In this document: piece by piece, positions 38,259 to 45,918 of the stretch
Layout of the letters: every line of letters begins with the position of its first letter
Position numbering within the stretch: position 1 is the first letter of the stretch
Source: an archaeon
GTDB taxonomy: Archaea; B1Sed10-29; WALL01
Length of the DNA stretch: 64,000 bases
NCBI GenBank assembly: GCA_042584585.1
Contig: JBHOSQ010000002.1
Span: 32,001 to 96,000 of the forward strand
Reading direction: 5' to 3'
Translations under genes and position numbers: made by a program
Notes under the pieces: model-generated
What the model was told of the DNA's origin: nothing
The model's database searches: none
The model's input: only the letters and a program-made list of their open reading frames with translations

Positions 38259-38810
38259 TCAGTTCGGGACCTTGCACATGAAAACTTTGTAGCCCTCTTT
38301 TATCAACGCAATCTGGTAATAGCCCGGGATAAGCATGGTACCCCCCGCGGCAATGTCCTCGTAGTCGTACCTAAAACACTCGTCGGTGATGAACTCCATG
38401 TTCACCGGAATCCGCACGCACACCGGCGACGTCGCCTGGGCCAAGCCCAGCGATTCCCCAGTGTATGGATCCTTGTCCTCATACACTCCTTCGAGTAGCA
38501 TACAATTTGGATCATGGCAAATTTGTTGGCATGCGTCGCGGCCTTGCGGCGTCAGCGTGAAGTTGTCGACCCTCAATCCCGGGCACGAGTAAAGCGCCAG
38601 GTCGACCGCCACTATGCGCTTTGTGCCCCCCAGTGTCGACGAAAGCTCGATGTCGCGCGCGAAGCCCTGCATGTTGTTCTGCACCCTCTGCTCGCACTCC
38701 CACGACTGGAAAGAGTCAAACAAAAACGCGGCCACGGGGATGACCATCGCCATCATTGCGACCGCAAGCAAAAGCGAAAACGGGGCCTCTTCTTGTCCAC
38801 GACTAGCCAT
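38259..38810 (-). CDS. Class III signal peptide (prepilin-like) protein
   Basis: MASRG|QEEAPFSLLLAVAMMAMVIPVAAFLF; Cys-rich globular domain. Confidence 0.8.
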   Translation of the reverse strand: MASRGQEEAPFSLLLAVAMMAMVIPVAAFLFDSFQSWECEQRVQNNMQGFARDIELSSTLGGTKRIVAVDLALYSCPGLRVDNFTLTPQGRDACQQICHDPNCMLLEGVYEDKDPYTGESLGLAQATSPVCVRIPVNMEFITDECFRYDYEDIAAGGTMLIPGYYQIALIKEGYKVFMCKVPN

Positions 38811-38841
38811 AACAAAAACAAAGAAAGAGTTGTTTAAATTC

Positions 38842-38979
38842 TTATGGGGCTGCGGAGACCGCGCCAGCGACCGCCGACTGGAACATCGGCTTGATTACGC
38901 TGATGAGCAAAATGGCTGCGATGGCTGCCAAAATCAAGAGATAGATGGGCGTCCAATTAACGTCGCCCCTCTTGTCCAT
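38842..38979 (-). CDS. Small 45-aa Flp-like prepilin (absent from the ORF track)
   Basis: Translated by hand: MDKRG|DVNWTPIYLLILAAIAAILLISVIKPMFQSAVAGAVSAAP*. It fills the gap in the co-directional pilin run. Confidence 0.8.
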   Translation of the reverse strand: MDKRGDVNWTPIYLLILAAIAAILLISVIKPMFQSAVAGAVSAAP

Positions 38980-39005
38980 CAGCAGCCACTTAAGCCACAT
39001 AAACC

Positions 39006-39464
39006 TTACCGCTCAGCCCTGAAGCCAATGCTGCACAATTCGCCTCGTCCACTCGGGCAGTACGCGCGTATCGATCCCGACACGTCCGACTTCACCGCCA
39101 AATGGCCTTCGGTGGTTGCAGTGCCTTCAGTACACTCGAACTGGGCCTCAGAAAACTCGTAGCCCGTACACTGGCTCATTGAGCTGCCCTCGCAGCAGAA
39201 GCCAACCGAGTACTCGTTCAGCTCGGCAGCGCGAGCCACCGCGTTCGCAAAGAACTCTTCGTCCTCATTGAACCTGACGACGTTCGAGACAGAGGCACGG
39301 CCCCCGCCACGGACTTCCTTCAGTTCCTGGCCCATGACCCTCAACGGGTCTTCACTGGCAATCGTAATTCCGCCGATGATGTTCAGCAAAATCACTAGGA
39401 TTGCGCCTGCCACCACCGCAGCAATCAATAATTTGAAAGCGTCAAAAGCTTGTCCACGTTGCAT
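39006..39464 (-). CDS. Probable major pilin (class III signal peptide)
   Basis: MQRG|QAFDAFKLLIAAVVAGAILVILLNIIGG, with its own TATA box upstream. Confidence 0.82.
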   Translation of the reverse strand: MQRGQAFDAFKLLIAAVVAGAILVILLNIIGGITIASEDPLRVMGQELKEVRGGGRASVSNVVRFNEDEEFFANAVARAAELNEYSVGFCCEGSSMSQCTGYEFSEAQFECTEGTATTEGHLAVKSDVSGSIRAYCPSGRGELCSIGFRAER

Positions 39465-39503
39465 TTTGGATAACCCCCTTCGTTAACGGATAATGAGTTG
39501 AGA

Positions 39504-39511
39504 TATATAAA
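39504..39511 (-). promoter_or_regulatory. TATA box (TTTATATA) for the probable major pilin
   Basis: Lies in the 50-bp gap upstream of 39464. Confidence 0.6.
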
Positions 39512-39514
39512 GCT

Positions 39515-40084
39515 TTAGCAAACAGTTTCGCCAAACCACGCGTGGCACTTGTTTTCCTCACAAACCACGCACACATCGATGCTTTCGCCCGGCGCGAACC
39601 CCATCGTGGTGCACCTCGAGGTCACGAGGCCACACTTCCCCAGCACGGTCACGGGCACCTCGCCCTCAAGGCAATACGGATGGCGGCAATGCATGAAAAC
39701 GTCTACGTTGGACGGCAGTCCCGACTTGAACACCAATGCCTCGGAAGAGAACTCTTCTTCCTCAAGAATCGCTTCCCTCACGAAGTTCACGCCCGTCTCC
39801 CTGCCCGCATAGGCAGAGCTGAGCAATTCGGATGTGACGAAAAACACGGACGCCGCCGGAGCCTGCTCCCTCACAGACTGCACCACCCCGTAAACGACCA
39901 TCAGCATGACGACAGCAATGACCCCGCCCTGCAAAAGCTTCATCACGGCCCATTGTTGCCCGCGGGAGCCGATGCCAATGCCAAACCGCCTGCGAAGCAG
40001 GCCGGGGGGTTTGCTTCCCGGGGTAGCAGGGGGGCAGAGCCCCCCTAAGACGCCGGTACATTGCTGGCCCTTGGAGCCAATCAA
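39515..40084 (-). CDS. Prepilin-like protein with duplicated, hairpin-containing leader
   Basis: IGSKGQQ...(36 codons)...IGSRG|QQWAVMKLLQGGVIAVVMLMVVYGVV. Its body resembles the adjacent pilin. Confidence 0.72.
   Translation of the reverse strand: MIGSKGQQCTGVLGGLCPPATPGSKPPGLLRRRFGIGIGSRGQQWAVMKLLQGGVIAVVMLMVVYGVVQSVREQAPAASVFFVTSELLSSAYAGRETGVNFVREAILEEEEFSSEALVFKSGLPSNVDVFMHCRHPYCLEGEVPVTVLGKCGLVTSRCTTMGFAPGESIDVCVVCEENKCHAWFGETVC
39951..40081. repeat. Three GC hairpins between imperfect 23-bp direct repeats (REP/MITE-like)
   Basis: Repeats at 39951..39973 and 40059..40081 (17/23 identical). Hairpins GCCTGC-GAA-GCAGGC, CCGGG...CCCGG and AGGGGGGC-AGA-GCCCCCCT. Confidence 0.65.
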
Positions 40085-42208
40085 CTACATTGCCCCCGCA
40101 GTCATCTTCATCGCCATAAACGTCACGCCAAAGAAAATAGCCATGGCAATGGGCATCGCCTGGGCCAACGCCATCTTGAACGCCAGGTCGTTGTCGCCCT
40201 CGTTGACGTGCGAGGCAAAATACATGAGGATGGCCACAATCTCAATCATGTAAAAGCTGATTATTAAAAGGAGCTCGGCCTGCGACGCCGCGCTCTCCAA
40301 CACATCCGCCCCGCCCAAAGACGGCATCTCGAACGCCCCGCCGGGCATGCTCGACGAGCCCTCGCTCAGCCCCGACTTGCCCATGGACGACATCGCGCTC
40401 ATGATGATTTGCTGGAGCGCGATTGTGATGCCGAGCACGACCGGCGCGATGAACATGCTCATCGTCGCCATCATGGTAGTGATGTCCGAAAGCATTGCCT
40501 TCAGCGCCTTCTCGACTTTTTGCATGTCACGGATTTGCAGCGAGAGAGAGATTAGTGAGCGGGCTGCGGTCTGCACCCCAAGGCCCAGCGAGTCGACCAC
40601 GATGCGCATCGTGCCGTGGATGAACCCACTCGGGATGAACCGGAGCGATCCGTACGCCTCGTCGAACAAAGCCGTCTTCACGGTCATGCCAAGCATGCGG
40701 ACGTTATGGAGCGTCGGCAGGAAAATTCTTTTTGTCGCCTGGGAGTTGGGAATGAACTCCGCGGCGTGCTTCATCGCGTCCTCCATGGGGCGGCCCTCGC
40801 CAAGGCGCGACGCCAGGATGTAAAGCGTTTCCTGGAACCCGTTCTCCATCTCGATGAGCTCGCGCTGCATCGCCCACCTGTCCTTGTAGCTCGACCACAG
40901 GAAGAACCCAAACGCCGACACGATGCCGAGCATGAAGCCCGCGTATTGCAGGTACGGGATGCAGCCGATGGTGCGGTGGACCAAGCCCGAGGCGTCGGTT
41001 ATTGGGCCGAGCCCGCCGAGCAGGCAGTAGCTGTCATACCCCGACTCGAAAGACAGTGGCTGCGGGTCGAGGAAGGGCGTGCCGATTAACGACGCGACCA
41101 CGAGGCCCGCGAAAATCATGAAAGCGACTACACGCACAGGCAATTGGTAGCCCGCAATGCTGAACCATCCCGGCTTCGGAAGGCCAGGCATGTCGGCGGG
41201 GACCTTCGGGACCTCGCGCGTCGGCGGGCGCTTCTCGAGAATGCTCTTCGCGAGGAAAAACGACGCCACCGGAATAAGCAAATTGTAAATGACCGCGAGC
41301 GGGAAAGCGCCGGCGAGCCAGCCGATGTCCTCGCCGCCCATCATCGCGCCGACCGGGATGATGATAATCAGCAAAAGCGGGAGCAGCACGCCGAAGTAGT
41401 ACAGGTAGATGCTCGGCTGGTGCATCGCGCGGCTGTAGAAATCCATTTTTTCCTGGATGCCCTCGAGCACGTCGCTGATTGCCTTGTCGAGCAAGTCGTT
41501 CCGCTTGTTCTCGTCCGCCTCCATCACGGACGAGCGGATGAGCATGAGCGCGTGCTTGAACTCGGAAGAGTACTCGCCCCACTTCCACGCCATGTTGTCC
41601 AAAGCCTCTTCGACAGACCGGTACTTGCCGACGTGAATGTCGTACTGCAGGTCCTTGAAGTCCTCGGCGATGCGGCCCTGGCCGTGCTTCGCCACGAAGC
41701 CAATGGCGCGCTCGAGGTTTGGCGTCACCTTCATCGCCATGACAAAATAATTAACGATTTCGGGAATGAACGTCAGGGAGCGGATGCGCAGCTTTTCCGC
41801 TTCCTTCATTGGGTAGGACTGCACGTAGTACATGGCGTACATCGCGAGCGCGAACGGCCCGAAGTACCAGAACAGCCCCAAGTCCATGGTCAATGGATGG
41901 CCGATTAAAGTGAAGCCGGCGATTGTTATCGGGCCAATCATCGTGGAAAAGATGTACTCCATCAATGCCCACACAAACGCGATGCCGACGCCGACGTACA
42001 TAACGAACAATGGCGCGGAATTCAATTCCGCGGGCTTCAATTTCCAGCCGAGGAAAGCAAGTGCGACCTTGTACTGCTCGGTCAACTCTTTTTTCGCGCC
42101 CGAGCCGAACATCTTGTGGGTGTACTTACAGAAGTTGATGTAGCGGTTCGGCTTCACCACTTCTTTTGTCTTGGCCTTCTTGCCGCCGCCGAAAAGGAGC
42201 TCCGCCAC
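40085..42208 (-). CDS. Large TadC/FlaJ-like pilus membrane platform protein (two T2SS-F-like halves)
   Basis: Likely GTG start at 42208. PEIVNYFVMAMKVTPNLERAI and ETLYILASRLGEGRPMEDAM repeats, many TM helices, directly downstream of the ATPase. Confidence 0.85.
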   Translation of the reverse strand: MAELLFGGGKKAKTKEVVKPNRYINFCKYTHKMFGSGAKKELTEQYKVALAFLGWKLKPAELNSAPLFVMYVGVGIAFVWALMEYIFSTMIGPITIAGFTLIGHPLTMDLGLFWYFGPFALAMYAMYYVQSYPMKEAEKLRIRSLTFIPEIVNYFVMAMKVTPNLERAIGFVAKHGQGRIAEDFKDLQYDIHVGKYRSVEEALDNMAWKWGEYSSEFKHALMLIRSSVMEADENKRNDLLDKAISDVLEGIQEKMDFYSRAMHQPSIYLYYFGVLLPLLLIIIIPVGAMMGGEDIGWLAGAFPLAVIYNLLIPVASFFLAKSILEKRPPTREVPKVPADMPGLPKPGWFSIAGYQLPVRVVAFMIFAGLVVASLIGTPFLDPQPLSFESGYDSYCLLGGLGPITDASGLVHRTIGCIPYLQYAGFMLGIVSAFGFFLWSSYKDRWAMQRELIEMENGFQETLYILASRLGEGRPMEDAMKHAAEFIPNSQATKRIFLPTLHNVRMLGMTVKTALFDEAYGSLRFIPSGFIHGTMRIVVDSLGLGVQTAARSLISLSLQIRDMQKVEKALKAMLSDITTMMATMSMFIAPVVLGITIALQQIIMSAMSSMGKSGLSEGSSSMPGGAFEMPSLGGADVLESAASQAELLLIISFYMIEIVAILMYFASHVNEGDNDLAFKMALAQAMPIAMAIFFGVTFMAMKMTAGAM

Positions 42209-42221
42209 GTTGGCCTTGGGC

Positions 42222-44525
42222 TTACTCTTTGGCTTTCGGCTTGACCTTGGCAAGTGCATTCCTCCTCGAAACCAATTCCTTCACGAAGCCTTCCTTCACC
42301 CACTGCTTCCACTCGTCCAACACCTTGGGGTAGTCGACGGCGCCGATTTCCCGGCGCGACTGCTCCTGCATAAGCACGTACTTGTCGTTCGCGCGCACGG
42401 TGTAGCCCGCCTCGAGCAAGCCGGGGATTTTGTACTCGTTCTTCATGTCCACCATGAACTGCTTGGAAGAAGCGCGGTGCTGCACGTCCTCCCAAATCAT
42501 GTCAATGTCCATGCCACGGCGGCTCTGGATTTTCTTGAAGAACTGCGAGTTCTCGAAAATGTTGTCCTTATGGACCGTTTGGGTGTCGGTCGTCGCGTCA
42601 TAGGTCATCAAGTCGATGAGCCCACCCTCGCGCCCCGGGTCCTCGTACCAGGTCTTCCCGACCTCGGTGATTTCCACGAGGCGGCGCGTCTTCTGCAGCG
42701 AGCCCTTGAACCGAATCGGCGCCGACACAATGCACATGTCCGTCGCCTTGAACGAAGTGTTCGGGACGCCGAGGTCGTTGACCACGCGGTCCCAGACCGA
42801 GTAAGCGTTCTCCGCGTGAATCGTCCCCATGACTACGTTGCCGACGGCGCCGACGCGCATGGCCTCGTAAAGCACAAGCGCTTCCTTCGAGCGGACCTCG
42901 CCCATAATCAGGACAGAGTCGCCGAGGCGCAGCGCGGTGCGCAGCGCGTCCTCGGGCGATACCTCGGAGCTGATTGCACCGACAGTGATTGCGGAGCGCG
43001 TCTTCAGGCGGCAAATGTTGTAGCCGGTCTTGCGCATGTGCTCGACCGGCAGCTCAAGCGTGTCCTCGATTGTGATGATACGGAGCGACGGCAAAATCTC
43101 GAGCATCAGGCTCATCATCATCGACGTCTTGCCGGAGCCACGGGAGCCGACAATCAGTGACGACGCCTGCGCGTCGATGAGGAACGACAACAGGCCCGCG
43201 ACCTCCGGCGTAATCATCTTCACGCCGATGAATTGCGGGAGGGTCCACGGCGTCCCCTTGTGGAGGCGGAGCGCGAACGCGACGCCGTCCGGAGACAGCG
43301 GCGGCCCGATGGTCGCGGTGCGGGTGTGGTACTCGTGCAGGTCGAAGTCCAAGACACTGTGTGCCTCGTCGAACGGCCTCCCGGACAGCGAGCGGAACCT
43401 GGAAATGATGGAGTTCGCCTCTTCACCGGAAAAGAACACGTTGGTCTGGCACGGGCCGTAGTCGCTGTGCACGACGTAGACCGGCTTCTGTCCCAGTGGC
43501 GCGTCGATGTATACGTCGGTCAAGCGCTCGTCGCTGAGGAGAAGGCCCATCATGCCGAAGCCAACGGTGTAGCGCGCGACGATTTGCGCGAGCTGCTTTA
43601 CGTCCGACTGCGTGACTTCGATGTCATTTTGCCTCGCCAAGTCGGCGATTGTTGTCTCGTAGATGCGCATGAAATAGTCTTTGCTCGTCGCGAGCTCGGT
43701 GAACTCCAGGCCCTCGGGGTGGTACTCGCTGACTATTTCTTTTGTCTTGCTGAGCAGGAAGTATTGCTCGGGAGTGAGTGCGTACTCGGGCGGGTTGATG
43801 TGGTACAAGTACTCGATTTTTTCGGGGTGCTTGTAAATCGTGACGGTCGTTCCCTTGACAGTGTACTGGTCGAGCAACTCGATTTGCTCGGGAAGCTTGA
43901 ACAGCAGGCGCGAGCCGATGAACGACGGCTTTAGCTGGGCCTCGAAAACCGTGTGGTAAAAGCCCCTTCCGGGTGGGAGCTTCTTCAGCTTTCTGACGTA
44001 GGTCTTGAGCCGCTGGATTAGGTCGGTGGCCTCGAAGTTTGCCTTGATGTATTCCAAAGTAGTGAGGTACGTTTCGGTGCACTTCTTTTGGTCTGGCGGA
44101 AGCTGCGCGAGCGTTGCCTTTTCGCGCTGGATTGCCTCGACGCATTTCAGGTAGGCACGAATCGGGTCGGTGCGGAGCAGGTCAGAAGCAATGTTAACGA
44201 CCAGGTCGTGGCGCGTCGGCAAGTACTGGGAACACGCGTCCCCGCCCAAGTACTGCGGCGACCAAACCCCTTTGACGCGAAGCCGCTGCACCAGCTCGGC
44301 GAGCTGCTTGAGCATTCGCGTCTGCTCTTCGTCGTAGACTCGCTCGTAGACTTCGGCGAGCACCACGCGGTCTGCGTCGGTCTTGCCAAGGTATTCGATT
44401 ACCTCGGACATACGCTGCGGATAGTCCGCGATGCTAGGCCCATAAGACGAGCCGCGGCAGTCAATAATCAGGTACTTGGTCGTACCCTCACTCTTGACAG
44501 TGTAGGGGCTCTTTTCCTCAGCCAT
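42222..44525 (-). CDS. Type II/IV secretion (VirB11/FlaI-like) pilus assembly ATPase with long N-terminal domain
   Basis: Start MAEEKSPY at 44525. Walker A GSRGSGKTS, TIEDTLE, ALRLGDSVLIMGEVRS and MGTIHA. Confidence 0.93.
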   Translation of the reverse strand: MAEEKSPYTVKSEGTTKYLIIDCRGSSYGPSIADYPQRMSEVIEYLGKTDADRVVLAEVYERVYDEEQTRMLKQLAELVQRLRVKGVWSPQYLGGDACSQYLPTRHDLVVNIASDLLRTDPIRAYLKCVEAIQREKATLAQLPPDQKKCTETYLTTLEYIKANFEATDLIQRLKTYVRKLKKLPPGRGFYHTVFEAQLKPSFIGSRLLFKLPEQIELLDQYTVKGTTVTIYKHPEKIEYLYHINPPEYALTPEQYFLLSKTKEIVSEYHPEGLEFTELATSKDYFMRIYETTIADLARQNDIEVTQSDVKQLAQIVARYTVGFGMMGLLLSDERLTDVYIDAPLGQKPVYVVHSDYGPCQTNVFFSGEEANSIISRFRSLSGRPFDEAHSVLDFDLHEYHTRTATIGPPLSPDGVAFALRLHKGTPWTLPQFIGVKMITPEVAGLLSFLIDAQASSLIVGSRGSGKTSMMMSLMLEILPSLRIITIEDTLELPVEHMRKTGYNICRLKTRSAITVGAISSEVSPEDALRTALRLGDSVLIMGEVRSKEALVLYEAMRVGAVGNVVMGTIHAENAYSVWDRVVNDLGVPNTSFKATDMCIVSAPIRFKGSLQKTRRLVEITEVGKTWYEDPGREGGLIDLMTYDATTDTQTVHKDNIFENSQFFKKIQSRRGMDIDMIWEDVQHRASSKQFMVDMKNEYKIPGLLEAGYTVRANDKYVLMQEQSRREIGAVDYPKVLDEWKQWVKEGFVKELVSRRNALAKVKPKAKE

Positions 44526-44560
44526 CCTGCTTAAAAACGTGGGGGGAGTATATAAGAGTA
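44526..44560. promoter_or_regulatory. 35-bp divergent promoter region
   Basis: CTTATATA (minus, 44549-44556) lies ~24 nt upstream of the ATPase start. TTAAAAA (plus, 44531-44537) lies ~24 nt upstream of the sortase start. Confidence 0.6.
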
Positions 44561-45076
44561 ATGCTGCTCGAAAAGCGGAAAGGGGTAAGGTTTGCTGTTG
44601 GGACCGCGGTATTCGGCGGATTGGCGTACCTCGTTGCCTCGGGCCTGATGCCCGTGCTGAAGCCGTTGACCGCGGCAATGTCGGCAGCGGTGCTGTCGCT
44701 TTTTGGCTCGGCGTATTCCCAGGGCGCACTCGTTTTCTTCAACTCGCTTTCTGTGCAAGTGATTCCGCTTTGCGTGGGCGACATTGAGATCGCCGTCTTG
44801 GCGGGCGCGATGTTCGCGACCGAGGACCGCACGGTGCGCGACCGAATCCTTGGGGTAACGGGCGCGTTTGTTTTCGTGATGGCGATTAACTCCTTGCGCA
44901 TCGCGGCGACGCTGCTCGCGTGGCAGGCGTGGGGAATCGGCGCGGTCGAAGCCGTACATTCCGCGCTGTTCCGCACGACACTGGTTGTCGCAATTGTCGG
45001 GTTTTATGGGGCCTGGTATTTGCGGGACGTGATTGGCGAAAAGGTTAAGTTGCACAAGCTGCTTAAAGAAAGGTAA
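44561..45076 (+). CDS. Archaeosortase/exosortase family protein
   Basis: Multi-TM protein with the Cys-Arg-His triad in family context: VIPLCVG, INSLRIA and AVHSALFR. Confidence 0.88.
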   Translation: MLLEKRKGVRFAVGTAVFGGLAYLVASGLMPVLKPLTAAMSAAVLSLFGSAYSQGALVFFNSLSVQVIPLCVGDIEIAVLAGAMFATEDRTVRDRILGVTGAFVFVMAINSLRIAATLLAWQAWGIGAVEAVHSALFRTTLVVAIVGFYGAWYLRDVIGEKVKLHKLLKER

Positions 45077-45891
45077 TGCCCCTCCTCAAAAAAAAGAAAA
45101 AGCTGAAGCCTCGAGCGATAGCCCAGCAAGAAGGCGGGATAAAGGAAGGATTTATCCACGGCTCGATTCCACTGAGGGGAAAGGAAAGGGGTTTCGCGCG
45201 CATCACGCAAGCCGTCGGCCGCGCACTCGCGCCAATCATCTGGAGGAAGGCGAAGCGCGAGGCGCTGGAGGAGCACGGCAAGGCAATCGAAAATGTGTGG
45301 GGCACTGACGAGTACAACAAGTTCGCCGGGAAGTGGGGCGTCACCCACGACGACGTGCACCTGATGGGCGAGCGGGCGAGGCGGCTCATACACTGGAAGA
45401 CTCTGGTCGAGAGGCACGAGGAGCTGTGGGGAGAAGTAAAGACCAGCAAAAGCAAGGCAAGCGATGCCCTGAGACTTGTCGCGGAAAAGGGAGTAGACAT
45501 CGACAAGCTTGAAGAGAAAATCGTGGAGCTTGAAGGGAAAATCCAGGTGCTCGAGCAAAAGAGAGTGGAGGAAGCGCCAGTGGTGAAAGAAGAGAAGCCG
45601 CTGAAGGGGTGGCCATTGCCGGAAGAAGAACTGGAAGAAAAGGAGCCTCTACGGGAACTGCAGCCAATCACTGACGACGATGGCTTGAGCAGCGGGGCAG
45701 TGCCGCGAAAGACGCAAAAAGCCAAGCGGCAGAAGAGTGGGGAAAGGGGAGTGCCTGAAAGCATGATTCTTGAAGTCGTGAGGGGGAAAGACGTGTCGCC
45801 GAGACCCGACGATACACTGCTGCGGGACAAGCACACATACGATTTGGTGCCAAAGAAAAAAATCAAGCAACTGAAAAGCGGAAAAGCTTAA
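45076..45891 (+). CDS. Hypothetical charged/coiled-coil cytoplasmic protein
   Basis: TAATG overlap with the sortase. Lys/Glu-rich with a heptad stretch (IDKLEEKIVELEGKIQVLE). No recognised family. Confidence 0.6.
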   Translation: MPLLKKKKKLKPRAIAQQEGGIKEGFIHGSIPLRGKERGFARITQAVGRALAPIIWRKAKREALEEHGKAIENVWGTDEYNKFAGKWGVTHDDVHLMGERARRLIHWKTLVERHEELWGEVKTSKSKASDALRLVAEKGVDIDKLEEKIVELEGKIQVLEQKRVEEAPVVKEEKPLKGWPLPEEELEEKEPLRELQPITDDDGLSSGAVPRKTQKAKRQKSGERGVPESMILEVVRGKDVSPRPDDTLLRDKHTYDLVPKKKIKQLKSGKA

Positions 45892-45918
45892 ATTGCCCCG
45901 CTTGGTAACGGGGAGTGA

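Noticed and set aside
42222-44525. Archaellum (flagellar) operon
   Set aside because: No FlaH, FlaF/G or archaellin-like sequences were recognised, and the gene set fits a type IV pilus.
44561-44650. KRKG|VRFAV at the sortase N-terminus as a class III signal
   Set aside because: It is explained as positive-inside residues before the first TM helix of a polytopic enzyme.
44526-44729. N-terminal extensions given by the ORF track (ATPase from 44729; also 701, 25142, 29836, 31479, 36618, 42259)
   Set aside because: They overlap neighbouring genes or promoters. Downstream starts fit family N-termini, TATA spacing or ATGA overlaps better.
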